Below, piece by piece: positions 35,956 through 48,648 of a DNA stretch of 64,000 bases (positions within the stretch are counted from its first letter, which is position 1; the number at the start of each line of letters is the position of its first letter). The notes under the pieces are model-generated. The model was not told where the DNA came from. It worked only from the letters and a program-made list of their open reading frames with translations, and searched no databases. The stretch is from contig NC_045719.1 of the NCBI RefSeq assembly GCF_009834535.1, forward strand, positions 5,952,001 to 6,016,000, given 5' to 3'. A program made the translations under genes and the position numbers. Source of the stretch: Camelus ferus (Eukaryota).

Positions 35956-36043
35956 TTTTCCAAGAAAGATGCTGGGATTTATGAAGTTATCCTGAAAGAC
36001 GACCGAGGAAAGGATAAGAGCAGATTGAAGCTTGTGGATGAAG
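35956..36043 (+). CDS. MYOM1: Myomesin-1 exon ~31, C-terminal part of Ig My11
   Basis: ccttag|TTT...GAAG|gtcagt, 88 nt, phase 0 to 1. Reads FSKKDAGIYEVILKDDRGKDKSRLKLVDE. Confidence 0.97.
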
Positions 36044-37081
36044 GTCAGTCCACCAACTGCTGGGGTCTGTTCTGTGTGTTCTAGATACAGGTTGTCAGGA
36101 TTCTGAGTGAGGCTGAGCTGAATGATCAGAGTCATGCTGATCTTTTGTCCACAGATTTTGTTCTAATTGAAATTCCAGCAGGGTGAACTATTGTTTTATT
36201 CAAAATACTTCACTTTTAGTCTTCCTTGAAATCAGAAGTGTAGTTTTGATCCTCAGAGAATTTATAGACCACAATCCACGAGAGGTCTGTTTTCAATAGA
36301 AATCATCATTTTTGTTTCAATCCTATAAAAAAAAAAAAAGTTCCAGGATCGAAAACTACCATGAAAAGTGCATCTCAAAATAGTCCACTCTTTAAAACCT
36401 GGCAAGAAAGATTAAATATGAAACTCAAAGCCTCTCAGTAGCAGAGTGAGAAAGCAACTTCCTTCTTCCAGAGACCACTGAGGACAAGTACATTGTGATA
36501 ACAAAACCCTACATGTGACGCCCAAACCTCCAATTTTGTTCCTGAACCAGATCTTTAACAACATTGCTAGCAAACAGCAGAAGTTTGCCTTTGGTGTTAC
36601 CTTCCTGCTCTTGGTGGAGACAGGACTAAATGTGTTTATTGGCAAAAGGCATCATTAGGCTGAGAAATACCAGGGAACCTAGGTGGCTAATTCATCATGA
36701 ATTGATGACACAGATAAGAAAACTTCCTCTAATGTAAAGGGAACCTTCCTGGGACTTAAGAAGAAGAGAATCCTAAACTCAAGAACCTTCCTGGAAATCT
36801 CACTGTGGCTCTTTCTCTGGAATGTAAATACAGTGACAGTTACAAAGAATTCAAGGGAACAGAAATAATCAAAGAGCAGGAATCTTTTAAAACTGGTAAA
36901 AAAAAATTGAGTTCTCTCCTCAAAGAACACTTGTTACCAATTGATCAGTAAATTCTCCTGGTGACCAATATCCGTCACCAGACAGGATGTTTCTGAGAGC
37001 ACGTGTGACTCACAGTTTGCGATCTGACTTGCCGTTGAACATTTTTGTCCTAAAGCTTTGTCTGTGAATCTCTATCCACAG

Positions 37082-37120
37082 CCTTTAAAGAGCTGATGAC
37101 TGAAGTCTGTAAAGCAATAG
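37082..37120 (+). CDS. MYOM1: Myomesin-1 exon ~32, My11-My12 helical linker
   Basis: ccacag|CC...ATAG|gtgagt, 39 nt, phase 1-1. Reads (A)FKELMTEVCKAI; followed by an 80-nt intron. Confidence 0.95.
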
Positions 37121-37178
37121 GTGAGTCCTCGCCGGGCAGGGCTTCATTCTCCTCCCGGATGGGCTTACAGGTGTGTGA

Positions 37179-37307
<129 letters not shown>

Positions 37308-38214
37308 TAAGTAAATAAAAACTTAACTGCTGTGTAGAAATTCTTTCTCCACTCCGGGGAAGAACTGGGAAAAAGAGCAACGACCCTCTGTTCCCCCCAG
37401 GTAAGGCCTTGTCTTACCTACTGATGTTGTGAGAGGACAGAGAGAGCCAGGCCGTTCCTTCAGTGTGAGGTTAGCGCTCTGCCCCAGCACGTGCACGGTG
37501 AGGCTGGTGGTGGCTGGCAGCACCTGACTCTGTGATCTGGGACGTATCATAATTCGTAGACGCCTCTGTAATGTGACCTCCACCTCCAGACAGTCGAGCT
37601 TGGACTCTCTGCTTTGCCAGATTCTTATCGTCTCCTTCTACACACGCCTAACCCATGCTGTGCAAAACTGAAGCAGCATGTACCAAATTTCCTGTCGTGT
37701 GAGTTAATGGCCGTTGACCCAAGAAGCCTGACCCAGAGCGGTTCCCGAGTTTATCATTGTCCTTTGCAGCAACTGGCGCAGTTGGGCACTAGCATGTTTC
37801 CCGTCCACCCTCGGAAGGCTTTGGAGATTTGAAGATGACTTTGGGAATGTGTATTTGAACTAGACTGAGCTTGAAGAGCTGTTCTAATCCCACACTTCCT
37901 TTGTGCAGTTATAGAGGGATTACATTTAAGATTCCCTTGGAGATTCCAAGAGCTCAAATAGGTTTCTAAGTCAAACCAGTTCTCCCATTTACACCATTGA
38001 CAGGGTCCTTAACCTCTGTGCTTCCTTGAAATTTCCTGAGCTGAAAGAGAACAGCAGGCTGCCATGGAGATCTGGTGGGGCACAGCCGCCTTCAGTCCAC
38101 TCTTGGGATGCAGCGGACACTCATTCCCGAAGTCCCTGTGGGCCCCCCTGAGCAGTAGGTCACTGTGGCATCACTGGGAGGAGCCGGACAACAGTGTTTA
38201 TTTACATCTTCCCT

Positions 38215-38430
38215 CCAGTGAGCATTTGCAGTATGCTGGGCACTGCTCTGCACCCTTTAGATGTGTGAATTCATTTAATATTCAAAGCCTGTGAGGCACA
38301 CATTTCTCATTTTAGTGACTAGGAAGCTCAGGCTCAGGGAGGTGACTTGCCCAAGGTCACGCAGTTAAGTGGTAGGTGGAGGGCTGAAACCAGGCAGCCT
38401 GGATCCGGAACACCCCATCATAGCACTGCC
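38215..38430 (-). mobile_element. MIR SINE
   Basis: gagcatttgcagtatgctgggcactg...ggaagctcaggctcagggaggtgacttgcccaaggtcacgcag. Confidence 0.8.
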
Positions 38431-38524
38431 CCCGGTTCAAGTTGCATTAAAAGTCTGGATTGACCATTTAACCAGAATTGGGTCCCACAAAACAGTCATT
38501 TGTGTTTTCTGTAAAATGACTTTA

Positions 38525-38770
38525 GTGGGGGGAAGGATAAATTAGCAGTTAGAGATTAACATATACACACTACTATATATAAAATAAGTAAACAATAAGG
38601 GCCTACTGTATAGCACAGGGAACTATATTCAATATCCTGTAAAAACCTATAATGGAAAAGAATCTGAAAAAGAATATATATGTGTATAACTGAATCACTT
38701 TGCTATACACCTGAAACTAACACAACACTATAAATCAACTATATAGTTCAATAATACATAAATAAAAATG
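38525..38770 (+). mobile_element. Cetartiodactyl-type L1 3' end with 10-bp TSD
   Basis: ggataaattagcagttagagattaacatatacacactactatat...ctactgtatagcacagggaactatattcaatatc...actgaatcactttgctatacacctgaaactaacacaacac. TSD aatgacttta at 38515-38524 and 38771-38780. Confidence 0.9.
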
Positions 38771-39269
38771 AATGACTTTACTGTTATGTAGAACAGTATG
38801 TCATTACATTTATTATTATTACTATTCATTTCCTGAGTTCTTTAAAAAGAACAATTGAGAACAAGTGAAATTCCATTTTGAATGCTTGGAGTTGTATTCC
38901 TTTGTTCTGTTTCTTTCAAAATACATTTTAGGAAAGTAATTATAAGTTAAAATAGATCAAATTCTAGGAAATTCCTCTGTAACATCTAGGACATTTTGAT
39001 AGATCAGTCTGAAGAATAAGGGATGATAAATTAGTTGAATCATTAATCAAAAGCCTTTACATCATCTCTAAAAGAATTACTTGCTCAAAAAGATTAGAAC
39101 ACGGGGTTCTGAGGAAGCTACTGTCAGACTATCAAGCTGTAAACTTCTCACATTGTTTGGTGTAGTCAGCTGAACGAGTGTTTTGTGTGCACACGGACGT
39201 GTGCCTGTGAGAGGGTCAGGAAGCAAGGACTGACTGACTTACCTGTGGTCATGTAAGTATGCGCTGTAA

Positions 39270-39482
39270 CGCAGAAGAACCTCGAAATGGGTTGGGTCTT
39301 GACTTTGCTCCTGTCTTCCCTTGGATCTTAGGCAAGTCACTTAATTTTCTGAATCTCACGTTTCTCTTGTATAAAATAGGAGCAATAATTCCTGTTCTAT
39401 CTCATAACACTGATGGACCCAACGAGAGAATTAGAGGCACTTTGTAAACCATGAAGTACTTTACAAACATAAGGTACTATTA
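39270..39482 (+). mobile_element. MIR3/MIRc-like SINE
   Basis: ttaggcaagtcacttaattttctgaatctcacgtttctcttgtataaaatagg...gcactttgtaaaccatgaagtact. Confidence 0.75.
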
Positions 39483-39724
39483 TGCATGTCAGCCAGAGAT
39501 GAAAACACTCAAACAGGTTTATCTCAGCAAAGCAGAAAATTGTCTGTCCTTCTAACTCTGGGACATATAGCTCAGGCTACGGTCTGTGGGTATGAGTGGG
39601 CTCCTTTACCCTGCATTTTATGGCACTTTAATTTTTAATAGCTTTTAAAGAATATAGTATATAAGAAAATGCTGCATATTTATCTGAAATCTGAAATCTT
39701 CTGATGGAGACTTTTTGTTCTTCA

Positions 39725-39960
39725 TTTTTTAGGTTTATTTTATTACAACTACAAACATAATACGTGCTTGTTCCAGAAAATATACTTAATATCGTATTAT
39801 ACATTAGAGAGTTTGTAATATGATATTATCCATAGTTTCCCTAGCCACAGTATGAACATTTTGGGGTACTTCCTTCCTGTCTTGTCTCTATTCATAATTG
39901 TTACTACAGTTTTGTATACTGCCTTTTTTTTTTCTTATTTCCTCGCATGTTTACAAACTC
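39725..39960 (-). mobile_element. Ancient L1ME 3' end fragment
   Basis: ttattacaactacaaacataatacgtgcttg...tgaacattttggggtacttccttcctgtctt. Confidence 0.5.
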
Positions 39961-40705
39961 TTCATAGAGTATCAGCATCACTGAGAGTGCACTGCCTCTG
40001 CTTTTGTCTTACTTCATCTGTATCAGCATTTCTAGACCGTCAGATCACAAAACAAAGGGTTCTATTAGCTTTTATTCTCTTGTAAAGACTGCAGTGCATG
40101 GGTCTGCGCGTGACCTACTGTAGAACGCGGGGGAACTCCCATCCAGGGACAGAGAAGGTGCCTCATTCATTTTGAGCAGCAGCTCTGCTTCTCGTTTACT
40201 TTTGGCCTTACAACCGAGTGCAGGTTTACATTTGTTTTAAATAGCTTTGTAACCGTGAGTGTCAACAGATGCCAGCCACAGACGAACCTCCTTAGGTCTG
40301 CTTTTAACTAGCCCATAAAATCCCATTTATAGCTATAGACCATCTGCGTGAAATATGCAGTCATATAATGTGCACTTTGGCCTTTTCACTTTAAAGATTC
40401 CCTAGTCAGTCCTACAAATAAACCCAAGCAAAACCAGAGGTAATGAATACCGTGTTGGAGCTCTGGTGCTGCAGTCTGCCGGGGCCCCAGGCTGCTATTG
40501 GGAGCTACATATGCAGACTGCTGGGCCCCCACTCAGGCCTTGGAATCCACGTGCTGTGATTCAGGGCCCACAGTTTCTCTGAAGCAGGGGAACAGATGTG
40601 GATCTCATGTTATTTGAAAGTCTGTAAAACTTCAATAGGAGACAAAGTAAAGATAAGCTCTGGATGAAAGCGGACGATAACGATGTTTTCTGTTGATGTG
40701 AACAG

Positions 40706-40869
40706 CGGGAATGCTATTAAGTACTCAGACAGAGTTAAGAATGGGGTCACCGGGGAGCAGATCTGGCTACAAATCAACGAGCCCACTCCGAACGACAAAG
40801 GGAAGTACGTGATGGAGCTCTTTGATGGCAAAACCGGACACCAGAGGATGGTGGATCTTTCAGGACAAG
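40706..40869 (+). CDS. MYOM1: Myomesin-1 exon ~34, C-terminal part of Ig My12
   Basis: gaacag|C...CAAG|gtaatc, 164 nt, phase 2 to 1. Reads (N)GNAIKYSDRVKNGVTGEQIWLQINEPTPNDKGKYVMELFDGKTGHQRMVDLSGQ. Confidence 0.97.
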
Positions 40870-41169
40870 GTAATCGGATGTTCTGCAGAGCAGCACCTAC
40901 AGCAGAGGTGTGGGCTTTCTAAGCAGAACAAAGGGTGGAAAGAGGTCATTACATTTGACTATTGGAAGATGGTTGGACGTTTCAATAAGGCAGTTTGAAT
41001 TCAGCCATGGTGGTAGAAGCAAAGCTTCAGTGAGTAGAGGGTCAGAGACGCGTGCCGTGTGCGTGGAGAGAAAGCACTGCTCTTTCAAGGGGCTTACAAA
41101 GAAGGGCAGGTTGGTTTACTATCACTTGAGCAAGAGCAGACACTGGGAAAGAATCGTTTTATGGTGACC

Positions 41170-41570
41170 GAAGTGTGAGCGTGTTCACAGAGCCCCAGAA
41201 ATCAGCTGATTTGGAAGGATCCAAGATGTGAGTGACGGGGGACGAGGGATGGATCAGAGTTCCGAAGAAGGGAAGCTTGGAGATCCAGGGAGAGGGGCAA
41301 GTGTTGGCTTTGGGAAGGAGCAGTGATAACTTTTCTTCAGAAACCAGAGGGGAGTAGACGTGAACAAGCAAAGGTACATAGTGAGGAGAACAGAAGGAAG
41401 TTAGAAAAGTGGCCTCAGATTTCTGGGTCATTGGCTGGGAGAATGGGGGGGTTCTGGAGGGAACAGGGATAAGGAGAAGAAAGGAATGAAGCAAGGTGGG
41501 AGGAGGTTTTCCATCTAAGAACAGACAGGAAAGGTGAGGCACAGCATTAATGAAAATTTTAAAAGTTAAA
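41170..41570 (-). mobile_element. L2 ORF2 remnant
   Basis: Purine-rich + strand. The minus-strand ORF 41159-41584 contains EEKLSLLLPKANTCP, resembling the L2/CR1 ORF2 motif LSLLLSKANPSTC. Confidence 0.6.
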
Positions 41571-41598
41571 AAATGTACAATCACAAGTAAAAAGTTAA

Positions 41599-41730
41599 GG
41601 GAGGAGGGTATAGCTCAAAGTGGTAGAGCACATGCTTAGCATGCACACGGTCCTGGGTTCAATTCCCAGTACTTCCTCTAAAAAGTAAATAAATAAACCT
41701 AAGTACCTCCCCCTCCGAAAAAAGAAAAAA
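41599..41730 (+). mobile_element. tRNA-derived camelid SINE (Vic-1-like)
   Basis: gggaggagggtatagctcaaagtggtagagcacatgcttagcatgcac..ggtcctgggttcaattcccagtac with A and B boxes, an aaataaataaacctaa.tacctcccc tail and A-rich end. TSD acaagtaaaaa(g/t)ttaa at 41583-41598 and 41731-41746 (15 of 16). Confidence 0.9.
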
Positions 41731-43165
41731 ACAAGTAAAAATTTAAAACCCCTGTGCTGTTTCTCCCTCTCCTGGTACTACGCTCATCTTGTTCTTTCTT
41801 AAAGGAAGAAAGAGTCTATGTGAAGTCACTAAAGGAGGCTCTGGGCTGACTTTTCCTCTATTTTGTATATTAAAAGGCAATGACTCTTGGTGTTTGAATC
41901 CTCAGAGGAGGTTCATAACTTAGCGAGCAGCCTTTCCTCCCTGCTTAGGGTTGTTCTGTGCTGAGTCCCTCCCCACCCCCGTCACGACTGGACAAGCTCC
42001 CTGAAGGCTCTCTGTAGGCACGGGAGCAGCTGCCCCCAGGGACTCGCTCCCCAGGCCGCACTGCCTGGGTTGCGCCCTGCAGTGACTGCGGGAGGGGGCT
42101 GCTTCTGCAGTCCATCTCGCACTTTGAAACACAATAGGAAAAGGGAGACAAGAAGTGGGTAGATAAATTTAAAACTTGTTTACATTTTACTTTTACTCTC
42201 TGCCCACCAGAGCTCACTCACCACCCCATTCTCAAATCCCCCTTAAGCAAAAGGCCCTGGATTGTCTTCCAGGGTTGCCACGGGCACCGAATGCGTTGGC
42301 TCAGCTGTGCTCTTGGCTTTCTAGTGAGGCAGGAGCAAAAGGAGCAGCACTGACCTGGTTTAGCAAACCTAGTCCACCTCCGGTGGCTTTAAGCCTGACT
42401 CTATGCTCGTTTTTCCCTTCCATAAAAGAAGGGGGAGGGACTAGTATTATGTAAATGTTTTCTAAATGTTAAATTATTACAATTCCTAGACCACAGAGGC
42501 ACTTAAAGGCCAGGTGGGAGAGATGTCAAAATGAAGCTGTCTTTTTGCCTGAAATCTTTAAAGTGCCTTCCTCTGCAGGCTCAGAAAAAGAATTTATGTT
42601 AGAATTCCACAGCTCTCATCTGCTTGTCTGTCTCCCTGTCTTTTATTCCGTCTCCTGCTCAGCGTAGAAGCATTGCTTCAGGCCAGCTCCGGCTCCCGCC
42701 ACCATGCAGTAACTCCGCGTGCTCTTCACCACAAACAGACGGGCCGGACCACATAACAACTGTCTGGCTAGGAGGCTGCGAAGTGTGGAGTGATTTAATA
42801 AGAGAAAAGCTTTTTTGGTGCTCAGAATGCTCGGTAGAGAACCAGTGTTTATTTGAAACAGACATCCCTTCCCATTTTATCTTTGGCAGAGCTAACCTCT
42901 GCCTTTCTGTTTGGAGGGCTGAAGGCCTCTCAGTGGACTGAGAGCTTCTAAAATCCACTACTTCATACCTCCTACCTAGAAAGTAGGTGCCTCTCCTGTT
43001 AAGTCTGTAGGTTGTAGAGGGACCGCCCAGGCATGGTTCATTCAAAGCCAGCGGAGTCCAGGTCGGTCCCTTCACACTGCCCTCAGGTTGGGAGTTCTAA
43101 TTGACCCCTGTGTGCGTCCAATTCTGGGTGAGAAAATTCTAACTTCTCCTTTTTTTCTCTTCAAG

Positions 43166-43202
43166 CGTACGAGGAAGCCTTTGCTGAATTCCAGAGATTA
43201 AA
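43166..43202 (+). CDS. MYOM1: Myomesin-1 exon ~35, first part of My12-My13 helix
   Basis: ttcaag|CG...AA|gtaagt, 37 nt, phase 1 to 2. Reads (A)YEEAFAEFQRL(K). Confidence 0.95.
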
Positions 43203-43942
43203 GTAAGTCCCTCTTTCCCGGCAAATGCCACCGCGTGCGCTCCCATCTCTGAACATGTGTGCCACTCCCGTCTGCGCGTGGCAGCAAGTGCGGTCTACGT
43301 GGCACTTGCCACTGCTTGGCTGAGTGGCTGAGCAGTAAAAAAAATGAAATGCAGTCAAGGTTAGCTACTTCGAAGTAGCACTATGCCAACTGAAAATTGG
43401 CACTTGCCATTTGCCTCTACAGGGACTGAATCATGTTGGCCCTTGCCACCTACCACTGCCTGGATTAAATCATAAGACCCTGCAGCTGATGACCTCCTGC
43501 CCTCCCTGAAAGGAGTTCAGGGTGGAGGTCAGGAATGAGGCTCTCTGCTCTGGAAAAACTGGCAGAACAGGCCTTCAGATAGTTAGATGTTTTCTGGAGA
43601 AGATTTTATGAGCTCTAATTCTTGCATCTCTTCGTGTCTAGAAAAGAACTAAGATCATTCATGGTGACAGCTGCTCCTCGTGACTAGCAGCAGCATCTGC
43701 CTAAATGTGTGCTTGACTGCACGTCCCCCCTTCACTGCAATCATGTGTAATACTGATGTGCCTCCCCTGCCTCTTCGGAGCAGTTCCTCAGAGCTCTCTG
43801 AAAGGCTGTCTCTGGACTATAGTCCTCATTTTGCCCCAAAGGAAACAACACATAACTCTTACGTTGTGCGATTTTATTTCAGTCGACAACTAAAACAGAA
43901 TTCTTCTTTGTTTGCGTGTTTGTTTGTTTCTCTCAACCACAG

Positions 43943-43965
43943 ACAAGCAGCCATTGCGGAGAAAA
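43943..43965 (+). CDS. MYOM1: Myomesin-1 exon ~36, 23-nt microexon, second part of My12-My13 helix
   Basis: ccacag|A...AAAA|gtgagt, 23 nt, phase 2 to 1. Reads (K)QAAIAEK; required to restore frame between 43202 and 45927. Confidence 0.94.
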
Positions 43966-45044
43966 GTGAGTAACCCCCTGTACATTTATTCCTGGCGTGG
44001 TTTCAAAACACAACTTTTATGTTTCTATTAAGACTGCAGATGGAGGAGAGTGAAAGCGTTTTTTTTTTTTTTCTATTTATTTTTTAAAAATCTTAGGTGC
44101 CCTGCATGTGTTTTCACTTAGTCTCCTGAGTAAGAATGTCTATGAAAAGGTCTCAGGTTTCACTGTAAGAAGGGCGCCCAGCCTTGACTTGAGCTGTCCT
44201 GAGCAACCTCTGGGCTACAGATCACACAACAGGTTGTTAATTGCTTACAGCAGGCGCCAAGTGTCAGATAAAATTTAGACGTGTGAAAGAAAAGAAAAAA
44301 CAGAAAACTTTGCAAATTTGACATCAGATAAGTCACTGTAACAGGTCCCCCAACAAGTAGTTCCATTTTCCTGAGGGGCCCAATAAGGCTGAGTGAACCA
44401 GCGCCCAAGGGTCAAGTCTGTGTACCCAGAAATGTGCTCACTCCAGACTTCTCTTAGCTGTGCTTCACACAGAGATTTCTGGAGTCTACAGGATCCCAGG
44501 AGTCACGGACTGATTATCGTGATATTTCAGGTTCTTTCTCAGTGTGGAAACAGAATTTGAAACCTGTTGAGGGTTAAAGTTGTAGGGTGGGTCCTGAGCT
44601 GGGTGGAAGGGAACCCAGAGGAGTGAGAAGTGCCTGTCAGTGGCTCCCGGTCCCTCTGGTCCAGGGCTTCTGAGGCTCCCGCTGGTAGGAACGGGACAGA
44701 GGCAAGCACGAGGGCGAGCTGGGACAGTGTCCTAGCCAGGGCAAAGCCAGGGCCCACAGCCACCGACCGCCCCTCCCGGTTCTTGAACTCTCATGTGGGC
44801 GAGGAACCTGACCCTCCCCCTGGTCCGCCAGCTCCTTCCTGCGGTCTCTGGATCACAGCAGCAAAGAACTGGAAGAGACCTGCGAGCCCTTTTCGCTCCA
44901 TAAATTTAAACTTTTGCACAGAACCCTTAATTCAAACAAACTCCTCCATACAGACCCAATTATAAAGTAGGAAAGAGCTGAGTTATCGTCATGGACGTTG
45001 GGATGAATGCCATGGACACTGGGGAGCAGAGTTTGGAAGCTTCA

Positions 45045-45160
45045 TGTCCACAGGTTTAATGCAAGACCACTCTCCCATTCTACAGATGAAGAGACTGAGG
45101 TTCCCACAGTGACATGACTCACCAAGTAGCACACAGCAAGTAGTGCAGGGAGGCAGAGGG
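45045..45160 (-). mobile_element. MIR fragment
   Basis: cccattctacagatgaagagactgaggttcccacagtgacatgactcaccaag. Confidence 0.7.
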
Positions 45161-45926
45161 TGGGCTGGGCCCACGAGTGGTGTAAGTGCCATGGAATCAG
45201 CAGGAGAAGGCAGTCAAGACTCAAAGTGTCAGCCTGACTTTGTGGAGAAGGGAATGGCAGAAGTAAGGCTCTAGAGTCCTGCATTAGCTGACGTAGGCCT
45301 AAAAGTGAGAGGGCGGTGGCTGCTGAGTTAGTGTTGAGTGAATGGCAGAAAGGTGTCCTTCCTCGGGGGCTGACATGCTGGGCGGGGGCATTCAGCCCTG
45401 GATTTCAGCTCTCTTTGCACACCTGTTGACAGGGGCCCCACATGGTGCTCCCAAGAACTCCCCAGAGACAGGAAAGGGAGGCTCTCTATGGAAGGCCCCA
45501 AGGAGCCCACATCTTTGCCAGCCTCCAGGTCTCCCTGGCACATAAGTTTCCGATCATGCAGCTTTTCTGAATCAGAGACAAGCGCATGAAAGAGGCCAAA
45601 ATCTGCTCTCTCTCCTCTGTCTGAGCCCACACTGAGCTGCAGGAGAGCTGGGGCTGAAAACGGCCGTGAAAGTCACAGAGCAGACCTTCATACAACAAAG
45701 TGATCTCAGGTTGATATTTTAGGTACAGATAGAGGCACCTGCGTGTGAAGAAGATTAACATTCAGAATTACTGGATCATTTTCTTATTTTGCGTGTTGAA
45801 AGCAGGTATAAAACAACTGTAAGGAGAGGGAGACTAAATAGGAGAACTGGTTGCACTGGGGGCTTTGGGAGTGTGATGGCTGGTGCTTGTCAGTCAGTGA
45901 TTAACCAGAAATGCCTGTGCTTGCAG

Positions 45927-45982
45927 ATCGTGCCCGGGTGGTGGGCGGTCTCCCCGATGTGGTCACCATCCAGGAGGGCAAG
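45927..45982 (+). CDS. MYOM1: Myomesin-1 exon ~37, start of Ig My13
   Basis: ttgcag|AT...AAG|gtaagc, 56 nt, phase 1 to 0. Reads (N)RARVVGGLPDVVTIQEGK. Confidence 0.97.
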
Positions 45983-47189
45983 GTAAGCATGGGGCACTCC
46001 CGTCCCCGCTTCTTCCCCACCAGGAGGGGGTTCCAGCGCCCCAGACTTTGTTCCTTCTCATAAGCTACATCCCACTGTCTTCATCTAATGCCACGGCTGC
46101 TCAGGCCTGACTTCAGAACAGCCACGTATGGCATGCAGAACGCAGTCGGTTTTCTAGTCACCTTACTGTTCTGTAGGCCCCGCATCAGGATGTGTGTCTG
46201 TCTGATGTGGGCACGTGGAGACCTCTGAGCCTTCGACACTAGTGGAAAATGGGCTGATCTGTGAGACACCTCACCTTTACAGGGAAATGTGCTACCCCGT
46301 GAATTTCTATTGGCTCCATCTCAGTTGAAAACGGACTTCTTTCCATTTGGTTTTAAATGTGGCTCCATAATACCCTCTCTGAAATGCAATGGACAGAATT
46401 TCTAACCTAGATTCACTTTCTTCGTCCCTATGTTTCACTAAAACAAGTGTAGTATGTCAGTCACAGGAGGAGGGGTATCTGCAGTGGAACAGAACCTCTT
46501 CCCACCTCCAAAGGGCTGTGAAGATGTGCAGTGGGAGATTGGGACTAAGGTGGTGAACAAGGCGTGTCTAAGGCGTTAGTGAGAGGTGGGTTTCATCCAG
46601 CTGTGTTTCTTCGTGCCTAGAAAATAGGACCAGTTGATTTTAAGTTCCACCATTGAAAGGTTGCTTTGGTTTTTAAAGTCTATTTTCTGTTTTCTTCAAT
46701 GAATGAGGTTCAAAATGTTCAATTCACTGGAGGGTAGTGAGAACTGAGAGAGAGAATGTATGTGAAAGCACTTTGTGATCTATAATTCAAATCTATAGAA
46801 TAGATAATAGTTTTCCCAGACACCTAAGGTGTATGGCAGTTTTGCTTAATTTTGATAAAAGTTTTAATCCCCAGGAAATCAGTTCCCCAAAATGTATGCC
46901 TGGTCTGCTTGGATAAGTTTAATGGCAATAGTTTGACTCATATTTTTCTTGCTGAAATGTGTTTGCAGAGTAATTCAGTAAGAAATGCTAACTAATCATG
47001 GAAAGAAAACAAATTTCTTAATATCTTCCCAATTCTAGATGATACTCTCACAGAAAAGGTAACAAGTGATCTTTTAAGACCCTTCTAACTAGAAGGATAT
47101 CCATTCCCCTGTATATTGTGAGCCCTAGCTCTTTTCCTTACAGTTTCTGGACTTCAGTAAGAAAAAAATGCAAGCATGGAATTTAAGAT

Positions 47190-48110
47190 GTGAAGTAAAT
47201 TCAACATCTTTGGTTATCAGGGAAATGCAAATTAGAACCACATGAAATATGACACCTGTCAAGATTGCTAAAATAAAAAACAGTGACAACAACAAATGCT
47301 GGTGAGGATGCAGAGAAGTGGGTACATTGCTGTTGGAAATGTAAACCGAAATTATATAGCTACTTGGGAAAATAGTTTGGCAATTTCTTAAAAAATGAAA
47401 TACACATTTACCATATGACCCAGCAATTGTGCTCCCAGGCATTTATCTCAGAGGAATTAAAACGTATATTCACATAGCAACCTGTACACAAATGTTCATA
47501 GCAACTTTTTCGTAATGGCTCCAAACTGGAAACGGCGCAGATGATCCTTACAAGTATATACATTCCATGGCATGCCTCTTAGCAATAAAAAGGGACAGAT
47601 GATTGATACCTGCAATAACCTGGATGAATCTGCAAGGAGCTATGCTCAGTGAAAAAGGCCCTGTCGAAAGGTTACATATTGTATAATGGTATTTATGTAA
47701 TGTTTTGGAAGTTATACAATTTTAGAAACGGAGAACAGATCATGGTTGCCAGGAATTAGGAACGAGCTTGGGAGGAGGAAAGTGGGTGTGGTCATAAGAG
47801 GACAGCAGGAAGGACCCTTACGGTGATGGAAATGCTGTCTCTTGACTGAGCTGGTGGCTACACGAATCCAGACAGGTGATGGACTTGAATAGAACTCAGT
47901 ACACACAAAGGCAAACAAGAACAAGAAGAACTGGGGAGATCTAAGATCAATGGACTACATCGTCAGCGTACCGGCTGTGATATTATACTGTAATTTTGTA
48001 AACTGTTAGTCTTGGGGTAAACTGGGTAAAGGATATACTGAATCTCTCTATTATTTCTCACAACTGTATCTGAATCTATGATTATCCAAAAGTATTTAAA
48101 CCAAAAAGTA
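47190..48110 (+). mobile_element. L1MC/L1MD-type 3' end (ORF2 end plus 3'UTR)
   Basis: atcagggaaatgcaaattagaaccaca...aaatgctggtgaggatgcagagaa...ccatatgacccagcaatt...aatgttcatagcaac...ctctctattatttctcacaact. Confidence 0.9.
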
Positions 48111-48648
48111 AGGTAAAGTAAAACTGTAGATCTAACCATTGAGCTTTTAAAATAAGAGGCTTTCAGCACAGATGGTAATGTAATAGAATTACATGTCAGG
48201 AAACAGGAGCGCATCTTGGCAGGGCACCTTTACAGCTGCAACAGCTTGAGTGTGTTTGGGGGAGAAATCAAACGAGGAAGATGGAATATGAAAATTAGTC
48301 ACATTACCTGAAGTAGCTGTTGAGATTCTGCTGCTGGTCTGTGTGACACAAACAAAGTGCAAAAGTGAGCAGAGAGCAGTGAGCGGAGAGCGTGGCAACT
48401 GGGAGATTCCTCTCCTGAGACAGAGTCCAAAATGCCACACGAGAGCAAAACGCACCACCTAAGTGTTATGGGAGCTGAAGCAAAGGCCTCGGTGCAGCTT
48501 TGATGGTAAGTGTTCCTGAAGCCGGGAAGTCGAGGCCCCAGAGAAACCTACTCAGGTGTGAGTTCAACCTGTCACTCACAGGTGTGCATTACCCTCCATC
48601 CTTTACATCTGCTCTATCTCCCGCCCTCTCACAAAACCTGTTTTGCAG

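Noticed and set aside
41604-41675. tRNA gene
   Set aside because: Has A/B boxes but is followed by a SINE tail and flanked by a TSD, so it is a SINE, not a tRNA gene.
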